A stretch of DNA of 64,000 nt. Origin: an uncultured Clostridia bacterium. GTDB lineage: Bacteria > Bacillota > Clostridia > TANB77 > CAG-465. Positions within the stretch are counted from its first letter, which is position 1. Each line of letters begins with the position of its first letter. The position numbers were made by a program, and so were the translations under genes. The notes under the pieces were generated by a model, which did not search any database, was not told the DNA's origin, and worked only from the letters and a program-made list of their open reading frames with translations. Below, piece by piece: positions 9,153 through 19,951 of the stretch. The stretch covers positions 3,146 to 67,145 of the forward strand of contig CALXJE010000022.1 of the NCBI GenBank assembly GCA_944388545.1. The letters run 5' to 3'.

Positions 9153-11063
9153 ATGGAGTATAAAGCAGGAAAATATGATATTGTAGTTATAGGAGGAGGA
9201 CATGCTGGTATAGAAGCAGCTCTTGCATCAGCAAGATTAGGTAAAAAAACAGCTATGTTTATAATTAATATGGACACATTAGCCAATATGCCTTGTAATC
9301 CAAGTATTGGCGGTACTTCTAAAGGACACTTAGTTAGAGAAATAGACGCTCTTGGGGGACAAATGGGAAAAGCTGCAGATGCTTGTTATATTCAATCTAA
9401 GATGTTAAACAGTTCAAAAGGACCAGCAGTTCATTCATTAAGAGCTCAAATTGATAGAAAAAAATATCATATGTATATGAAAAACACATTAGAAAATGAA
9501 GAAAATCTAGATATATATCAAGCAGAAGTAACTGATATTATTTATGATGGCAAAATAAAAGGGATAAAAACAAGAACAGGTGCTATATATGAAAGTAAGG
9601 CGGTAATAGTGACAACAGGAACTTATTTAAAAGGGAAGGTCATAATTGGTGAAGTATCTTTTGAAAGTGGACCAGATGGAGTGTTTCCTGCTAATGAATT
9701 ATCACACAGTTTACAAAGAATGGGTATAGAACTTAGGAGATTTAAAACAGGTACTCCTGCAAGGATGAATAGTAAAGATTTAGATTTTAGCAAAATGGAG
9801 GTTCAATACGGAGATGATAATGTAAAAACATTTTCTTTCGATAATGAAGAAAATAAAGAAATTCTAAATAAAAAGCAGATTAAGTGTTATTTGACATATA
9901 CTAATTTAGATACCCATAAAGTTATAAAAGAAAACATACATAGATCTCCTTTATATAGTGGGGAAATAAAGGGAATAGGACCTCGTTATTGTCCTTCAAT
10001 AGAAGACAAAGTAATGAGGTTTAAGGATAAAGAACGTCATCAAATATTTATAGAACCTATGGGAGAAAATACAAATGAATCATATATACAAGGAATGTCA
10101 TCATCTCTGCCAGAAGAAGTTCAAATAAAAATGTATAGAACAATCCCAGGATTAGAAAATTCTAAGATGATGCGCCCTGCATACGCTATAGAATATGATT
10201 GTATAGATCCAACGAATTTAAATCTTTCTTTAGAGTATAAAGGACTAGAAGGACTATTTTTCGCAGGTCAAGTTAATGGTAGTTCTGGATATGAAGAAGC
10301 TGCGGCACAAGGGATTATAGCTGGAATAAATGCAACTAGGAAACTAGATAAAAAAGAACCATTAATATTAGATAGGTCTGAAGCATACATAGGCGTATTA
10401 ATAGATGATTTAGTAACAAAAGGAACAAATGAACCATATAGAATGATGACATCAAGATCAGAGTATAGATTATTGCTTAGACAAGATAATGCGGATTTAA
10501 GATTAACTGAAAAAGGATATAATGTCGGCCTTGTATCAAAAGAGAAATATAATAAATTTTTAAATAAAAGAGAAATGATTTATAGCGAAATTGAGAGAAT
10601 AAAAAATAAAAAAATATCACCTAATGAAATTAACAATAATATTCTTGAAAAGCTTGGTAGTAGTAAGCTAGAAGTAGGGGTAAAATTATCTGAACTATTA
10701 AAGAGAACAGAATTAAACTATGCAAATACTAAAGAATTAGATAAAGATAGACCTGACCTGCCAGAAAGTGTTCAAGAACAAGTTGAAATTCAAATTAAGT
10801 ATGAGGGATATATTAAAATACAGTTAGAACAAATAAAGGGTTTTAAAAAATTAGAAAATAGGAAACTTAATTCAGATATAGATTATGAAAAATTAAAAGG
10901 ATTATCATTAGAAGCAAGACAAAAACTAAATAAGCAAAAACCATCTTCAATAGGACAAGCTTCTAGAATATCAGGGGTTTCACCAGCTGACATATCAGTT
11001 CTTTTAATATATATTAATCAAATAAATAAAAAAGGAGACGAGTTTTCACATGAAAATGACTAA
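9153..11063 (+). CDS. mnmG: tRNA uridine 5-carboxymethylaminomethyl modification enzyme MnmG
   Basis: FAD motif [12 protein letters not shown]. The ATG at 9153 follows an AGGAAAAG RBS, so the ORF-track start at 9129 is probably too early. Confidence 0.95.
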   Translation: MEYKAGKYDIVVIGGGHAGIEAALASARLGKKTAMFIINMDTLANMPCNPSIGGTSKGHLVREIDALGGQMGKAADACYIQSKMLNSSKGPAVHSLRAQIDRKKYHMYMKNTLENEENLDIYQAEVTDIIYDGKIKGIKTRTGAIYESKAVIVTTGTYLKGKVIIGEVSFESGPDGVFPANELSHSLQRMGIELRRFKTGTPARMNSKDLDFSKMEVQYGDDNVKTFSFDNEENKEILNKKQIKCYLTYTNLDTHKVIKENIHRSPLYSGEIKGIGPRYCPSIEDKVMRFKDKERHQIFIEPMGENTNESYIQGMSSSLPEEVQIKMYRTIPGLENSKMMRPAYAIEYDCIDPTNLNLSLEYKGLEGLFFAGQVNGSSGYEEAAAQGIIAGINATRKLDKKEPLILDRSEAYIGVLIDDLVTKGTNEPYRMMTSRSEYRLLLRQDNADLRLTEKGYNVGLVSKEKYNKFLNKREMIYSEIERIKNKKISPNEINNNILEKLGSSKLEVGVKLSELLKRTELNYANTKELDKDRPDLPESVQEQVEIQIKYEGYIKIQLEQIKGFKKLENRKLNSDIDYEKLKGLSLEARQKLNKQKPSSIGQASRISGVSPADISVLLIYINQINKKGDEFSHEND

Positions 11064-11784
11064 AGAAGAATTTAAGCTTATGCTTATAAATGAAGCTAAA
11101 AAATATGATATAGAAATAAGTAATAAACAAGCGGAAAAATATTATTTATACAAAGAACTTCTATTAGAATGGAATGATAAAATAAACCTTACATCTATAA
11201 CAGATGATGAGGGGATAATAATAAAACATTTTATAGATTGTTTGTTATGTATAAATTATATAAAAGAAAATGACAAAATAATAGATGTAGGTACTGGCGC
11301 AGGTTTTCCTGGAATAGTTGTAGCTATTTATTTTGAAGGAAAAGTAAAAATGACATTATTAGATTCACTTAATAAAAGAATAATGTTTTTAGATGAAGTA
11401 ATTAATAAATTAAATATAAAAAACATAGAAACTGTTCATGGTAGAGCAGAAGATATGGCTCACAATGTAAAGTATAGACAACAGTATGATATAGCGGTGG
11501 CTAGGGCAGTAGCACCATTAAATATATTACTAGAGTATATTTCTGGATATGTAAAAAAAGGTGGTAATTGTATATGTATGAAGGCCTCATCTGTAGAAAA
11601 AGAGATAAATAATGCCGAAAAAACAATAGACATTCTTAAATTAGACCTTATTACTAATGAAAGAAAAAATATAAAATACAAAGATGAAGAAATTACTAGA
11701 ACAATTTTATCTTTTAAAAAGTTAGAAAGTATTAGTGATAAATATCCAAGAAATTATTCTAAGATAAAGAAGAATCCGTTGTAA
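11050..11784 (+). CDS. rsmG: 16S rRNA (guanine527-N7)-methyltransferase RsmG
   Basis: 244 aa with SAM motif [10 protein letters not shown], following mnmG. Confidence 0.9.
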   Translation: MKMTKEEFKLMLINEAKKYDIEISNKQAEKYYLYKELLLEWNDKINLTSITDDEGIIIKHFIDCLLCINYIKENDKIIDVGTGAGFPGIVVAIYFEGKVKMTLLDSLNKRIMFLDEVINKLNIKNIETVHGRAEDMAHNVKYRQQYDIAVARAVAPLNILLEYISGYVKKGGNCICMKASSVEKEINNAEKTIDILKLDLITNERKNIKYKDEEITRTILSFKKLESISDKYPRNYSKIKKNPL

Positions 11785-11867
11785 TTTGATTTAAAAGCTG
11801 TTATATGATATAATATTAACATATCAAAAATAAGCTCTTTTATTAATATAATTGGGAGGAAATATAA

Positions 11868-12140
11868 ATGAAGAAACTTAATTGTAAACATGGACTTAAT
11901 AGGTATCAAGAATTAGAAGCAAGAAAACTTCGGAAAATACTTGTAGAGGAGGATAAAGAAAAGGAATATATCATCAAGGAAAAATTAGAAGCATTATATG
12001 TTCAATTTAAACAGAATCAATGTAGTAATTTCTTTAGATTTATTAAAGATACAGATGTTTCTCTTTTCTCAGCTTTAGAAAGGATAGGAGGAATATCAAA
12101 ACTCTACTATTATTTAGAAAAATACAGTATTGGACAATAA
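11868..12140 (+). CDS. Hypothetical 90-aa protein
   Basis: ORF with a GGGAGG RBS and its own downstream terminator. No recognisable motif. Confidence 0.5.
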   Translation: MKKLNCKHGLNRYQELEARKLRKILVEEDKEKEYIIKEKLEALYVQFKQNQCSNFFRFIKDTDVSLFSALERIGGISKLYYYLEKYSIGQ

Positions 12141-12148
12141 ACTTAAAA

Positions 12149-12186
12149 AAGAGAGAGAAATATATTATTTTCTCTTTCTTTTTTGT
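12149..12186 (+). terminator. Intrinsic terminator
   Basis: AAGAGAGAGAAA ... TTTCTCTTTCTT hairpin followed by TTTTT. Confidence 0.75.
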
Positions 12187-12229
12187 CTATTTTGTAATAT
12201 AATAATCAAAAGAGGTGAAAAAAGAAAAA

Positions 12230-13000
12230 ATGCCTAAAATAATATCAATAGCAAATCAAAAAGGTGGTGTAGGAAAAACAACTACATCAATAAATTTAAG
12301 TGCCTGCGTAGCAGAAAAAGGAAAGAAAGTTTTATTAATAGACATTGATCCACAAGGTAATGCCACAAGTGGTCTTAGTATTAATAGTCATAATGAAAAA
12401 TCAGTATATAATGTGCTAATAGATGACATAAAAATAGAAGATGCTATAAAACCGACTATGGTAAAAAATTTACATATTTGTACTTCTAATATAGATTTAG
12501 CAGGTGCAGAAATAGAATTAGTTTCACTAGTTTCACGTGAGAATAGGTTAAAAAATGCATTAGATAGAATGGAAACAAAATATGATTATGTATTTATAGA
12601 TTGTCCACCATCGCTTGGACTCATAACATTAAATGCTTTTACAGCATCAGATAGCATTATTGTACCTATACAGTGTGAGTATTATGCGTTAGAAGGATTA
12701 GGACAATTAGTAAATTCTATAAAGTTGGTTAAAAAACACTTAAATCCGGATCTTGAAATAGAAGGAGTACTTCTTACTATGTATGATTCTAGAACTAAAT
12801 TATCATCTCAAGTTGCAGAAGAAGTATCAAAATATTTTGGGGAAAGAGTATTTAATACAGTTATACCAAGAAATATACGTTTAAGTGAAGCCCCAAGTCA
12901 TGGATTACCAATATCGATGTATGATCCTTTATCTAAAGGTGCAAGGACTTATAAAAAACTTGCAAAAGAATTAATAAATAATAATAAAGAAGAAAAGTAG
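12230..13000 (+). CDS. soj: Chromosome partitioning ATPase ParA/Soj
   Basis: Deviant Walker A NQKGGVGKTT and Walker B VFIDCPPS. The ATG at 12230 is preferred over the GTG at 12215, which overlaps the RBS. Confidence 0.9.
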   Translation: MPKIISIANQKGGVGKTTTSINLSACVAEKGKKVLLIDIDPQGNATSGLSINSHNEKSVYNVLIDDIKIEDAIKPTMVKNLHICTSNIDLAGAEIELVSLVSRENRLKNALDRMETKYDYVFIDCPPSLGLITLNAFTASDSIIVPIQCEYYALEGLGQLVNSIKLVKKHLNPDLEIEGVLLTMYDSRTKLSSQVAEEVSKYFGERVFNTVIPRNIRLSEAPSHGLPISMYDPLSKGARTYKKLAKELINNNKEEK

Positions 13001-13009
13001 GAGGTTAAT

Positions 13010-13888
13010 ATGACTAAAAACTCAAAAGGTCTAGGGAGAGGGCTAGATGCTCTTTTTGATGATATAGAAGATGTAAAAACTGTTACTAATAAAAGCAATA
13101 AACTAGGGGAAGTTGTTGAAATAAAGATATCAGATATAGAGCCAATGCTAAATCAACCAAGAAAGATATTTGATCAAAAGAAACTAGAGGAATTAGCTGA
13201 TTCTATCAAAGAAAACGGTGTAATTCAACCGATTTTGGTTGTAAAAAATGAGAATGGATATACAATAGTAGCAGGCGAAAGAAGATGGAGAGCATCTAAA
13301 CTTGCAGGACTAGAAAAAGTTCCTGTAATTATAAAAGACTATACCGACACTAAGAAAAAACAAGTAGCACTTATAGAAAATATACAAAGAGAAGACTTGA
13401 ATATTATAGAAGTTGCTCAAGCTTTAAAAGAACTTATGGATATAGAGGGATATAACGTTGCAGATGTATCTCGTGTGACAGGTAAAAGTTTGTCAGGTGT
13501 ATCTAATACTATGAGATTATTAAAACTTCCAAACGAAATACAAAAGAAAGTATTAGATGGAAAATTGGTAGAAGGACAGGCAAGAGCATTACTTGCAATT
13601 GATAATGAAGAAGAACAATTGAAACTTGCAGATAAAATAATCGAAAAGAAATTAACTGTTAGAGAAGTTGAGAAACTAATATATAACAATGATAAATATA
13701 AAGTAAAAAAGAAAAATGTTGCTCAAAAAATAGGAACTATATATAAATCAGTTGAAGAAAAGCTAACAGAATATTTTGGTCTTAAAGTTAAAATAGATGC
13801 AACAAAGACAAAGCCAAAAATAATAATAGAATATTATGATAATAACGGGTTAGAAAGAGTTTTAGAAAAACTAAATATAGAATTATAA
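13010..13888 (+). CDS. spo0J: Chromosome partitioning protein ParB/Spo0J
   Basis: 292 aa with ParB box IVAGERRWRAS and an HTH region. AGGAGG RBS. Confidence 0.9.
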   Translation: MTKNSKGLGRGLDALFDDIEDVKTVTNKSNKLGEVVEIKISDIEPMLNQPRKIFDQKKLEELADSIKENGVIQPILVVKNENGYTIVAGERRWRASKLAGLEKVPVIIKDYTDTKKKQVALIENIQREDLNIIEVAQALKELMDIEGYNVADVSRVTGKSLSGVSNTMRLLKLPNEIQKKVLDGKLVEGQARALLAIDNEEEQLKLADKIIEKKLTVREVEKLIYNNDKYKVKKKNVAQKIGTIYKSVEEKLTEYFGLKVKIDATKTKPKIIIEYYDNNGLERVLEKLNIEL

Positions 13889-13901
13889 TAGGAGTAAAAA
13901 T

Positions 13902-14411
13902 ATGAACCAAGAAACAATATTTTCACTAGAAATATTAAGTATATTAACTATTATTATAATGGTTAGTTTAATTATATGTATAGTTATGTTAATAATACAT
14001 ATAATAAAGTTAAAGAAATATGAGAATAAGTATAATGAAATTTGGTCTAAATTTGATAATGATAATTTAGAAAAGGATATTGAAAATTTACTTAATAATA
14101 TGGAAGAAACGAAAAGATATTGTGAAGAAACAAAAATAGAATGTTCATCTATAGAAGGAAAAATGCAAAAATGTGTTCAAAAAGTGGGATTAGTAAAATA
14201 TGACGCTTATGAGACAGGTAACAATGGACTTAGTTTTGCACTAGCTTTGTTAAATTATAAAGATGATGGAGTTCTAATAAATAGTGTTTATACTAGAGAA
14301 GGATCTAATATTTATGCAAGAGAGATAGTAAATGGGGAAGCTAAGAACAATTTATCAATAGAAGAAAATGAAGCTTTAAAAAAAGCGTTAAACAGTAAGA
14401 GCTTTATGTAG
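13902..14411 (+). CDS. DUF4446-type membrane-anchored protein commonly found after parB in Clostridia
   Basis: 169 aa with an N-terminal TM helix. Conserved position downstream of spo0J. The family call is from memory. Confidence 0.6.
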   Translation: MNQETIFSLEILSILTIIIMVSLIICIVMLIIHIIKLKKYENKYNEIWSKFDNDNLEKDIENLLNNMEETKRYCEETKIECSSIEGKMQKCVQKVGLVKYDAYETGNNGLSFALALLNYKDDGVLINSVYTREGSNIYAREIVNGEAKNNLSIEENEALKKALNSKSFM

Positions 14412-14446
14412 TATTTGCAATACCTAGAAAAAACTCTTTCTAGGTA

Positions 14447-14474
14447 TTGACAAAATTTATATTTATGCTATAAT
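14447..14474 (+). promoter_or_regulatory. Promoter of tRNA-Ser(UGA)
   Basis: TTGACA, 16-nt spacer, TGcTATAAT extended -10. Confidence 0.6.
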
Positions 14475-14491
14475 ATTTAATACTTACATAT

Positions 14492-14580
14492 GGAAGAGTG
14501 TCCGAGTGGTTTAAGGAGCCAGTCTTGAAAACTGGTGATGTCGAAAGGCACCGTGGGTTCGAATCCTACCTCTTCCGCCA
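14492..14580 (+). tRNA. tRNA-Ser (anticodon UGA)
   Basis: Acceptor GGAAGAG/CTCTTCC, long variable arm, anticodon loop CTTGAAA, T-loop GGTTCGAATCC, encoded CCA. Confidence 0.95.
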
Positions 14581-14723
14581 GTATAATAAGTATCCTTTAC
14601 GGGTACTATTTTTTTATCGTATATAAAGAATTTAAAAATAAGTACTTCTTTTTGGTTTTATAACTATAAATGTTGACTTATAATTAAATTAGTATATAAT
14701 ATATAGCATAGTTAATATATTAT

Positions 14724-14816
14724 GGAGAGTTACCCAAGAGGCCGAAGGGGACTGTTTGCTAAACAGTTAGTGTCCGCATAAGGGCAGCGAGGGTTCGAAT
14801 CCCTCACTCTCCGCCA
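14724..14816 (+). tRNA. tRNA-Ser (anticodon GCU)
   Basis: Acceptor GGAGAGT/ACTCTCC, anticodon loop TTGCTAA, long variable arm, T-loop GGTTCGAATCC, encoded CCA. Confidence 0.95.
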
Positions 14817-14822
14817 AATTTT

Positions 14823-14860
14823 AAAGACACTAGATAAGGTATATTTAGTGTCTTTTATTT
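14823..14860 (+). terminator. Intrinsic terminator after tRNA-Ser(GCU)
   Basis: AAAGACACTA ... TAGTGTCTTT hairpin plus a T run. Confidence 0.8.
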
Positions 14861-15062
14861 CATATAAAATTATAATTAGATTTTCGTATTTAAATTAGAT
14901 TACATATAATTAGTAAAAAAATATTTAAAATTAATAAAGTATTATTTAAAGCTGTTTGTAATAGTAAGATACTACTATATATTTAAATATATATCTTTTT
15001 AATAACTTGTATTTGAAAAATTGATATGATATATTATCGTTGTTATTTTAGGGGAGAAGAAA

Positions 15063-15542
15063 ATGATAGAGCATCCATTCGAGCCAATATATTCAAAAGA
15101 GAGCAATATTTTAATATTAGGAAGCTTTCCATCTGTAATATCAAGAAAACAAAATTTTTATTATGCTCACCCACAAAATAGATTTTGGAAGTTAATTGCT
15201 GCCATATATAATTCAGAAAAACCAACTACAATTGAGGAAAAAAAGAAACTTATTTTAGACAATAAACTTGCTATTTGGGATAGTATAAAAAGTTGTGATA
15301 TTATAGGATCGGCAGACAGTACAATACAGAATATAGAAGTAAATGATATTAATAGTCTAATCAATAAAACTAGCATTAATAAAGTTATATTTAATGGAAG
15401 AAAATCATTTGAAACATATATTAAATATAATAAAAAATTAGAAAATATAAAGTATATTGAACTTCCTTCTACTAGTCCTGCAAATGCTCAATATTCATTT
15501 GATAGACTATATAATATTTGGTCAAAAGAGTTATTAAAATAA
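15063..15542 (+). CDS. Uracil-DNA glycosylase superfamily protein (hypoxanthine/deoxyinosine DNA glycosylase-like)
   Basis: 159 aa with ILILGSFPS and YYAHPQNRFW motifs typical of this UDG family. Confidence 0.7.
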   Translation: MIEHPFEPIYSKESNILILGSFPSVISRKQNFYYAHPQNRFWKLIAAIYNSEKPTTIEEKKKLILDNKLAIWDSIKSCDIIGSADSTIQNIEVNDINSLINKTSINKVIFNGRKSFETYIKYNKKLENIKYIELPSTSPANAQYSFDRLYNIWSKELLK

Positions 15543-15556
15543 TATGGAGGTATATA

Positions 15557-16312
15557 ATGAAAGCATTGGTTACAGGAGCTTCTTCGGGAATTGGATACGA
15601 AATAGCAAAATATTTAAGTAAAAAAGGTTATGATATTATAGCTGTAGCCCGTAATGAAAAAAATTTAAATAAACTAAAAAATGAGTGTAATACAGAAGTA
15701 AAAGTATTTTTGGTAGATTTATCTGATACAAAACAAGTATTAGAATTATATGACAATATAAAAAGAGAAGATATAGAAGTTTTAGTTAATAATGCAGGAT
15801 TTGGAGCTTTTGGTAATTTTGAAAATATTGATATAAACACACAAATAAATATGATAGAACTAAACATAAAAGCACTACATTTATTAACGTATTTGTTTTT
15901 AAAAGATATGAAAGATAAAAATAAAGGATATATATTAAACATAGGTTCAATTGCAGGATTTTTACCAGGTCCTCTAATGACAGAATATTATGCAACTAAA
16001 TCTTATGTTTTAAGATTAACACAAGGAATTGATAAAGAACTGAAAAAATCAAAAAGTAATGTATCAATTAGTGTTTGTTGTCCTGGACCTGTTTATACTA
16101 ATTTTAATAGTGTTGCTAACGTAAAATTTAGTATTAGATCAAAGACTAGTGATGTAGTTGCAAAAAAAGCAGTAGATGGAATGTTTAGAAAAAAAGTAAT
16201 AATATGTCCAGGAATTAGTGAAAAAATAGTAAAGATAGCAAGAAAATTGTTTAGCGATAAATTACTTGCGGAAGTTTCTTTTTACGTTCAAAAGAAGAAA
16301 GATAAGAATTAA
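15557..16312 (+). CDS. SDR family oxidoreductase
   Basis: N-terminal TGASSGIG Rossmann motif, plus NNAG and Y..K catalytic motifs. The ATG at 15557 follows a GGAGG RBS. Confidence 0.85.
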   Translation: MKALVTGASSGIGYEIAKYLSKKGYDIIAVARNEKNLNKLKNECNTEVKVFLVDLSDTKQVLELYDNIKREDIEVLVNNAGFGAFGNFENIDINTQINMIELNIKALHLLTYLFLKDMKDKNKGYILNIGSIAGFLPGPLMTEYYATKSYVLRLTQGIDKELKKSKSNVSISVCCPGPVYTNFNSVANVKFSIRSKTSDVVAKKAVDGMFRKKVIICPGISEKIVKIARKLFSDKLLAEVSFYVQKKKDKN

Positions 16313-16546
16313 ATATAGATAGTAGATATAATAGATTTTATATCTATTTTTTTAAAATACGCATGTTTACATAAATATTGACAAGGCTTATTAAATATAG
16401 TATAATTATATCGGAAAAATATATTTATAAAAAATAAATTTATTTTTTAAGATAATAATTTAAGGAGGTGTTGTGCAAAAAAATAATAATGGGCCAACCA
16501 TTTTAATATAGATGTAATAATTTAAAATTATAAAGGAGGAACTAAA

Positions 16547-18616
16547 ATGAAACGGAAACTACTGGCTCTTTTGCTGATGCTGTCAATGGTTTTTTCTATA
16601 ACTATTCCTGCATTTGCAAATTATGATCCATCAGGAGGATATGATTATAATTACACAGGTGAAAACTATAGTAATTATAATTATAACAGTGGCTATTATG
16701 GAACTTACTACATGAGCGCATGGGCAAATGAACTGCAAGTAGCTTATGATCCTACTTGGTATGAGTCACCTCAACGGCAAGTAGTACGTGGAGAAGCTTT
16801 TTTACTTTTTTTAAGAGCTGTTCAAAGAGCGTTAGATAGGCAAGGTTATTCTAGGCTGTCAGGTGGATATAATCAGGTTCCATTTGAAGATTACAATTAT
16901 GTAAATCCATATGCACAGAGTGAAGTCAACGTTTTATGGTCTAATGGTATTCTTGTAGGCTTTGATGACAATACAATGCGTTTTTCGCAGCTTTTAACAA
17001 GAGCAGAAATGGCTGCAATTTATAGTAGATTTAATAGGATATTCTTTAATATGGGAATAGGATATTCTCAGTACAATTATGATGGTTACAACAACTATTA
17101 CAACAATAATTATAACAACTACTATAATAATTACGTTTTCAATGATATTATTGGTCATTGGGCACAACAGGACATCATAACAGCAGCATCTAACGGAGTT
17201 TTAATAGGTGTTGGAAATAATTACTTTGATACGGAAGGACCTCTTACAATAGAGCAGATTTGGAAAATACTTGATTGTTGTGTGGGATACCAGGGACTTA
17301 AAAGATCAGATGTTGCTTACGCAATGAGCCAAACATTTAAAGTGAAGTTTGGTAAGAATATTGATGAAGAATATGGCAGACCAAACGGCATAAAGATAAC
17401 CAGGCTAACAGCTTATCCAAGCACTTTGACTATGACAGAAGGTGAAATGCGTAATATTAAGGTAAGTATATATCCTTCTAACGCAGAGTATCAAAAGTTA
17501 AACTGGATGTCATCTAATACAAACTACGTAAGTATTGAAGAAAGTTGGAACTCTTCTTCAGGAACAGCATATATTACAATTCATGCTAGAAGGTCAACCA
17601 GCAGTTATATTACACTTACTGGTAGAGCGCTAGACGGTAGCGGAAAAACTGTAACTGTAAGAGTTAGAGTAAACAGTGAATATAATGATTATCCTTATGA
17701 CGATGGGTATATAACTTCTATTACACCATCTGAGAGTACGTTGTATCTGCAAATAGGAGAGAGTCGTCAAATAAATGCGAGAATAAGACCGTCTGACGCA
17801 TATGATAAAAATCTTAGATGGACATCTAGCAATTCAAATATTGCTTATACCTCTAATGTCTATACTTCAGGAAGTTATTCGTATGCTACTATAGTTGGTA
17901 ATGCAGTAGGAACGACGTATATTTACATTAGAGCTCAAGATGGTTCAGGAGAACAAGGGACGGTTAAAGTAATCGTTCAAGACGGAACATCAGGCGAAGG
18001 AGATGTAATAACATCAGCTTCCGCAAACCCATCTTCAGTTTCTCTTGGTGTAAATGAAACAAGGAATGTAAGCATAACAGTGTATCCGGTTTCTGCGACA
18101 GATAAAAACATCAATTGGGTTTCTGACAACAATAATGTTGCTAGAGTGGAACTTCTTTCAGATGGAAATATTCAAATAATAGGCGTAGGTGTAGGTGAAA
18201 CGAACATCAGAGGAATAGCAACCGCAACAGGTAATACTGTTTGTGTAATTCCAGTTACAGTTACTCAAGGTTCCATAGATCCTGGTCCAGGAGATACTAC
18301 TCCTCCAAAAGTGACATTAGAAGGAGCAACGAATGTAAGTATTGGAGAAACAATTACAATTACAGCTAGAGCATCTGACGAAACAGATTTAGCATCCTTT
18401 AATATAGGTGTAAACAGTATAATTGGTATGACAGGTTCTCTTAGTCCAACTAAGATTGAAAAAATATCTAATACTGAATACAGAATTACATTAATGGGTG
18501 TTGAAGTTGCTTCTCAATGTATTTGTATTGCTGCGGGAGCAGCAGTAGACTCGGCAGGAAACTCGTCTGCTGAAAGTAATGAAATTGTTATATTTATAAA
18601 CAGTGGCGAGGAATAA
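16547..18616 (+). CDS. Secreted cell-surface protein with SLH-like repeats, Asn/Tyr-rich linkers and three Big_2-type Ig-like repeats
   Basis: Signal peptide MKRKLLALLLMLSMVFSITIPAFA. SLH-like segments include FNDIIGHWAQQDIITAASNGVLIGVG. Three repeats fit the pattern ...L.L..GE.R.I...I.P..A..K.L.W.SSN..... AGGAGG RBS. Confidence 0.8.
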   Translation: MKRKLLALLLMLSMVFSITIPAFANYDPSGGYDYNYTGENYSNYNYNSGYYGTYYMSAWANELQVAYDPTWYESPQRQVVRGEAFLLFLRAVQRALDRQGYSRLSGGYNQVPFEDYNYVNPYAQSEVNVLWSNGILVGFDDNTMRFSQLLTRAEMAAIYSRFNRIFFNMGIGYSQYNYDGYNNYYNNNYNNYYNNYVFNDIIGHWAQQDIITAASNGVLIGVGNNYFDTEGPLTIEQIWKILDCCVGYQGLKRSDVAYAMSQTFKVKFGKNIDEEYGRPNGIKITRLTAYPSTLTMTEGEMRNIKVSIYPSNAEYQKLNWMSSNTNYVSIEESWNSSSGTAYITIHARRSTSSYITLTGRALDGSGKTVTVRVRVNSEYNDYPYDDGYITSITPSESTLYLQIGESRQINARIRPSDAYDKNLRWTSSNSNIAYTSNVYTSGSYSYATIVGNAVGTTYIYIRAQDGSGEQGTVKVIVQDGTSGEGDVITSASANPSSVSLGVNETRNVSITVYPVSATDKNINWVSDNNNVARVELLSDGNIQIIGVGVGETNIRGIATATGNTVCVIPVTVTQGSIDPGPGDTTPPKVTLEGATNVSIGETITITARASDETDLASFNIGVNSIIGMTGSLSPTKIEKISNTEYRITLMGVEVASQCICIAAGAAVDSAGNSSAESNEIVIFINSGEE

Positions 18617-18626
18617 ACTTATTTAA

Positions 18627-18655
18627 GACGACTAGTTAAAACTAGCCGTCTTTTT
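18627..18655 (+). terminator. Intrinsic terminator
   Basis: GACGACTAGTT / AACTAGCCGTC hairpin followed by TTTTT. Confidence 0.8.
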
Positions 18656-18719
18656 ATGCATTACATTAATTTAGCCATAAAAAAAATTTTTTTTCATATA
18701 ATTTTATGAGGTGTTTTTT

Positions 18720-19430
18720 GTGTCAGTATTTAATATATTTCTAATTACTTTTATATTAGGGGTAATAAGTAATGAAATAGGAGGAATAATAGGCTTTTTT
18801 GGAAAATCAAAAAAAGAAAGTGCTAGTAAAATTATATCTTTTACGGCAGGTATTACAACAGCAATAATTTGTTTTGAACTTCTTAAAGAAGCATTTGAAA
18901 TAAGTAATAAATATCTAGTTGTTTTATTTACAATCATTGGAATTTTATTTGTTAAAATTTTAGAGATAGTAATTAATAAAATAAAGAATAATGAAAAAAA
19001 TAACGAATCACTTGTAATAGTAAGTGCTATGTCAGGACATAATATTACAGAAGGTATAGCAATAGGTTCAGCATTCAAAATATCAAGTATCCTTGGAATG
19101 TCTTTACTTATGGCAATTATGCTACATAATATACCAGAAGGTATGATAATTGGAAACATGATAAGAAAAGAAGACAAGAGTAAAAAAAGTGTTCTTAATA
19201 GTTGTATAATAATTGGAATTTTTCTTGGTATTGGAGCAGTAATAGGAACAATTATAGGTAATCTTAGTAACCAATATATAATGCCATGTTTAGCAATTTC
19301 AGCGGGAGCAATGCTTTATATAGTTGCGTGTGAATTAATACCAGGAATGCATAGTAAAAATGGTAATAACAAAGAAGGAATAATTTATATAATAGGTTTT
19401 TTAATAGGTTGTCTTATGTGCAAGCTATAG
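18720..19430 (+). CDS. ZIP family metal transporter
   Basis: Polytopic, with HNITEGIAIG and HNIPEGMIIG motifs. The GTG at 18720 has GAGGTG 7 nt upstream, whereas the ORF-track start at 18711 overlaps the RBS. Confidence 0.8.
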   Translation: MSVFNIFLITFILGVISNEIGGIIGFFGKSKKESASKIISFTAGITTAIICFELLKEAFEISNKYLVVLFTIIGILFVKILEIVINKIKNNEKNNESLVIVSAMSGHNITEGIAIGSAFKISSILGMSLLMAIMLHNIPEGMIIGNMIRKEDKSKKSVLNSCIIIGIFLGIGAVIGTIIGNLSNQYIMPCLAISAGAMLYIVACELIPGMHSKNGNNKEGIIYIIGFLIGCLMCKL

Positions 19431-19489
19431 ATTGACTTTATCATTATTTTATGATACTATTAACAAGTATTAAAGGAGCATATTTTAAT

Positions 19490-19951
19490 ATGAAAATTTT
19501 ATTTGTATGTACTGGAAATATTTGTAGAAGTGCAATGGCACATCATTATATGCAAAAGAGGGTAAATGAGCTTAATTTAAGTGATAAATATATTATTCAA
19601 TCTGCGGGTATAAGTGCATATACAGGCGATAGAGCAACAGATTATGCAAAAGAAGTAATGAAAAAATATGATACGGATTTAACGGAGCATAGAGCTGTAT
19701 ATATAGAAGAATCGGATATTAAAGATGCAGATTTAATATTATGTATGACATTAGCACACAAAAGAAAAATATTAAATAGATATCCAAAACTAGAAGGTAA
19801 AACTTTTACATTAAAAGAATATGTCGGAGAAGATGAGTATCTAGATATAGATGATCCATGGGGATTTGGTAAAGATGTATATTCTTCTTGTGCAAAGGAA
19901 ATTGTCAATTATGTGGACAAACTAATAGAAAAAATAACGAGAGGTGAATAG
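19490..19951 (+). CDS. Low molecular weight protein phosphatase (Tyr/Arg)
   Basis: MKILFVCTGNICRS P-loop (CX5R) and a DDPWG Asp loop. AAGGAG RBS before the ATG at 19490. Confidence 0.85.
   Translation: MKILFVCTGNICRSAMAHHYMQKRVNELNLSDKYIIQSAGISAYTGDRATDYAKEVMKKYDTDLTEHRAVYIEESDIKDADLILCMTLAHKRKILNRYPKLEGKTFTLKEYVGEDEYLDIDDPWGFGKDVYSSCAKEIVNYVDKLIEKITRGE

Noticed and set aside
2536-11681. Antisense track ORFs inside dnaN, rnpA, mnmE, mnmG and rsmG (for example 2536-2865, 5529-5954, 8313-8837, 8976-9286, 11460-11681)
   Set aside because: Each is fully embedded opposite a well-supported conserved gene. The compositions are hydrophobic and low-complexity, with no RBS.
16463-16508. Mini-ORF (GTG/TTG, about 11 codons) behind a strong AAGGAGG upstream of the SLH protein gene
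   Set aside because: The spacing between the SD and candidate start codons is only 2-4 nt, and the reading frame is ambiguous. There is not enough to call a leader peptide.
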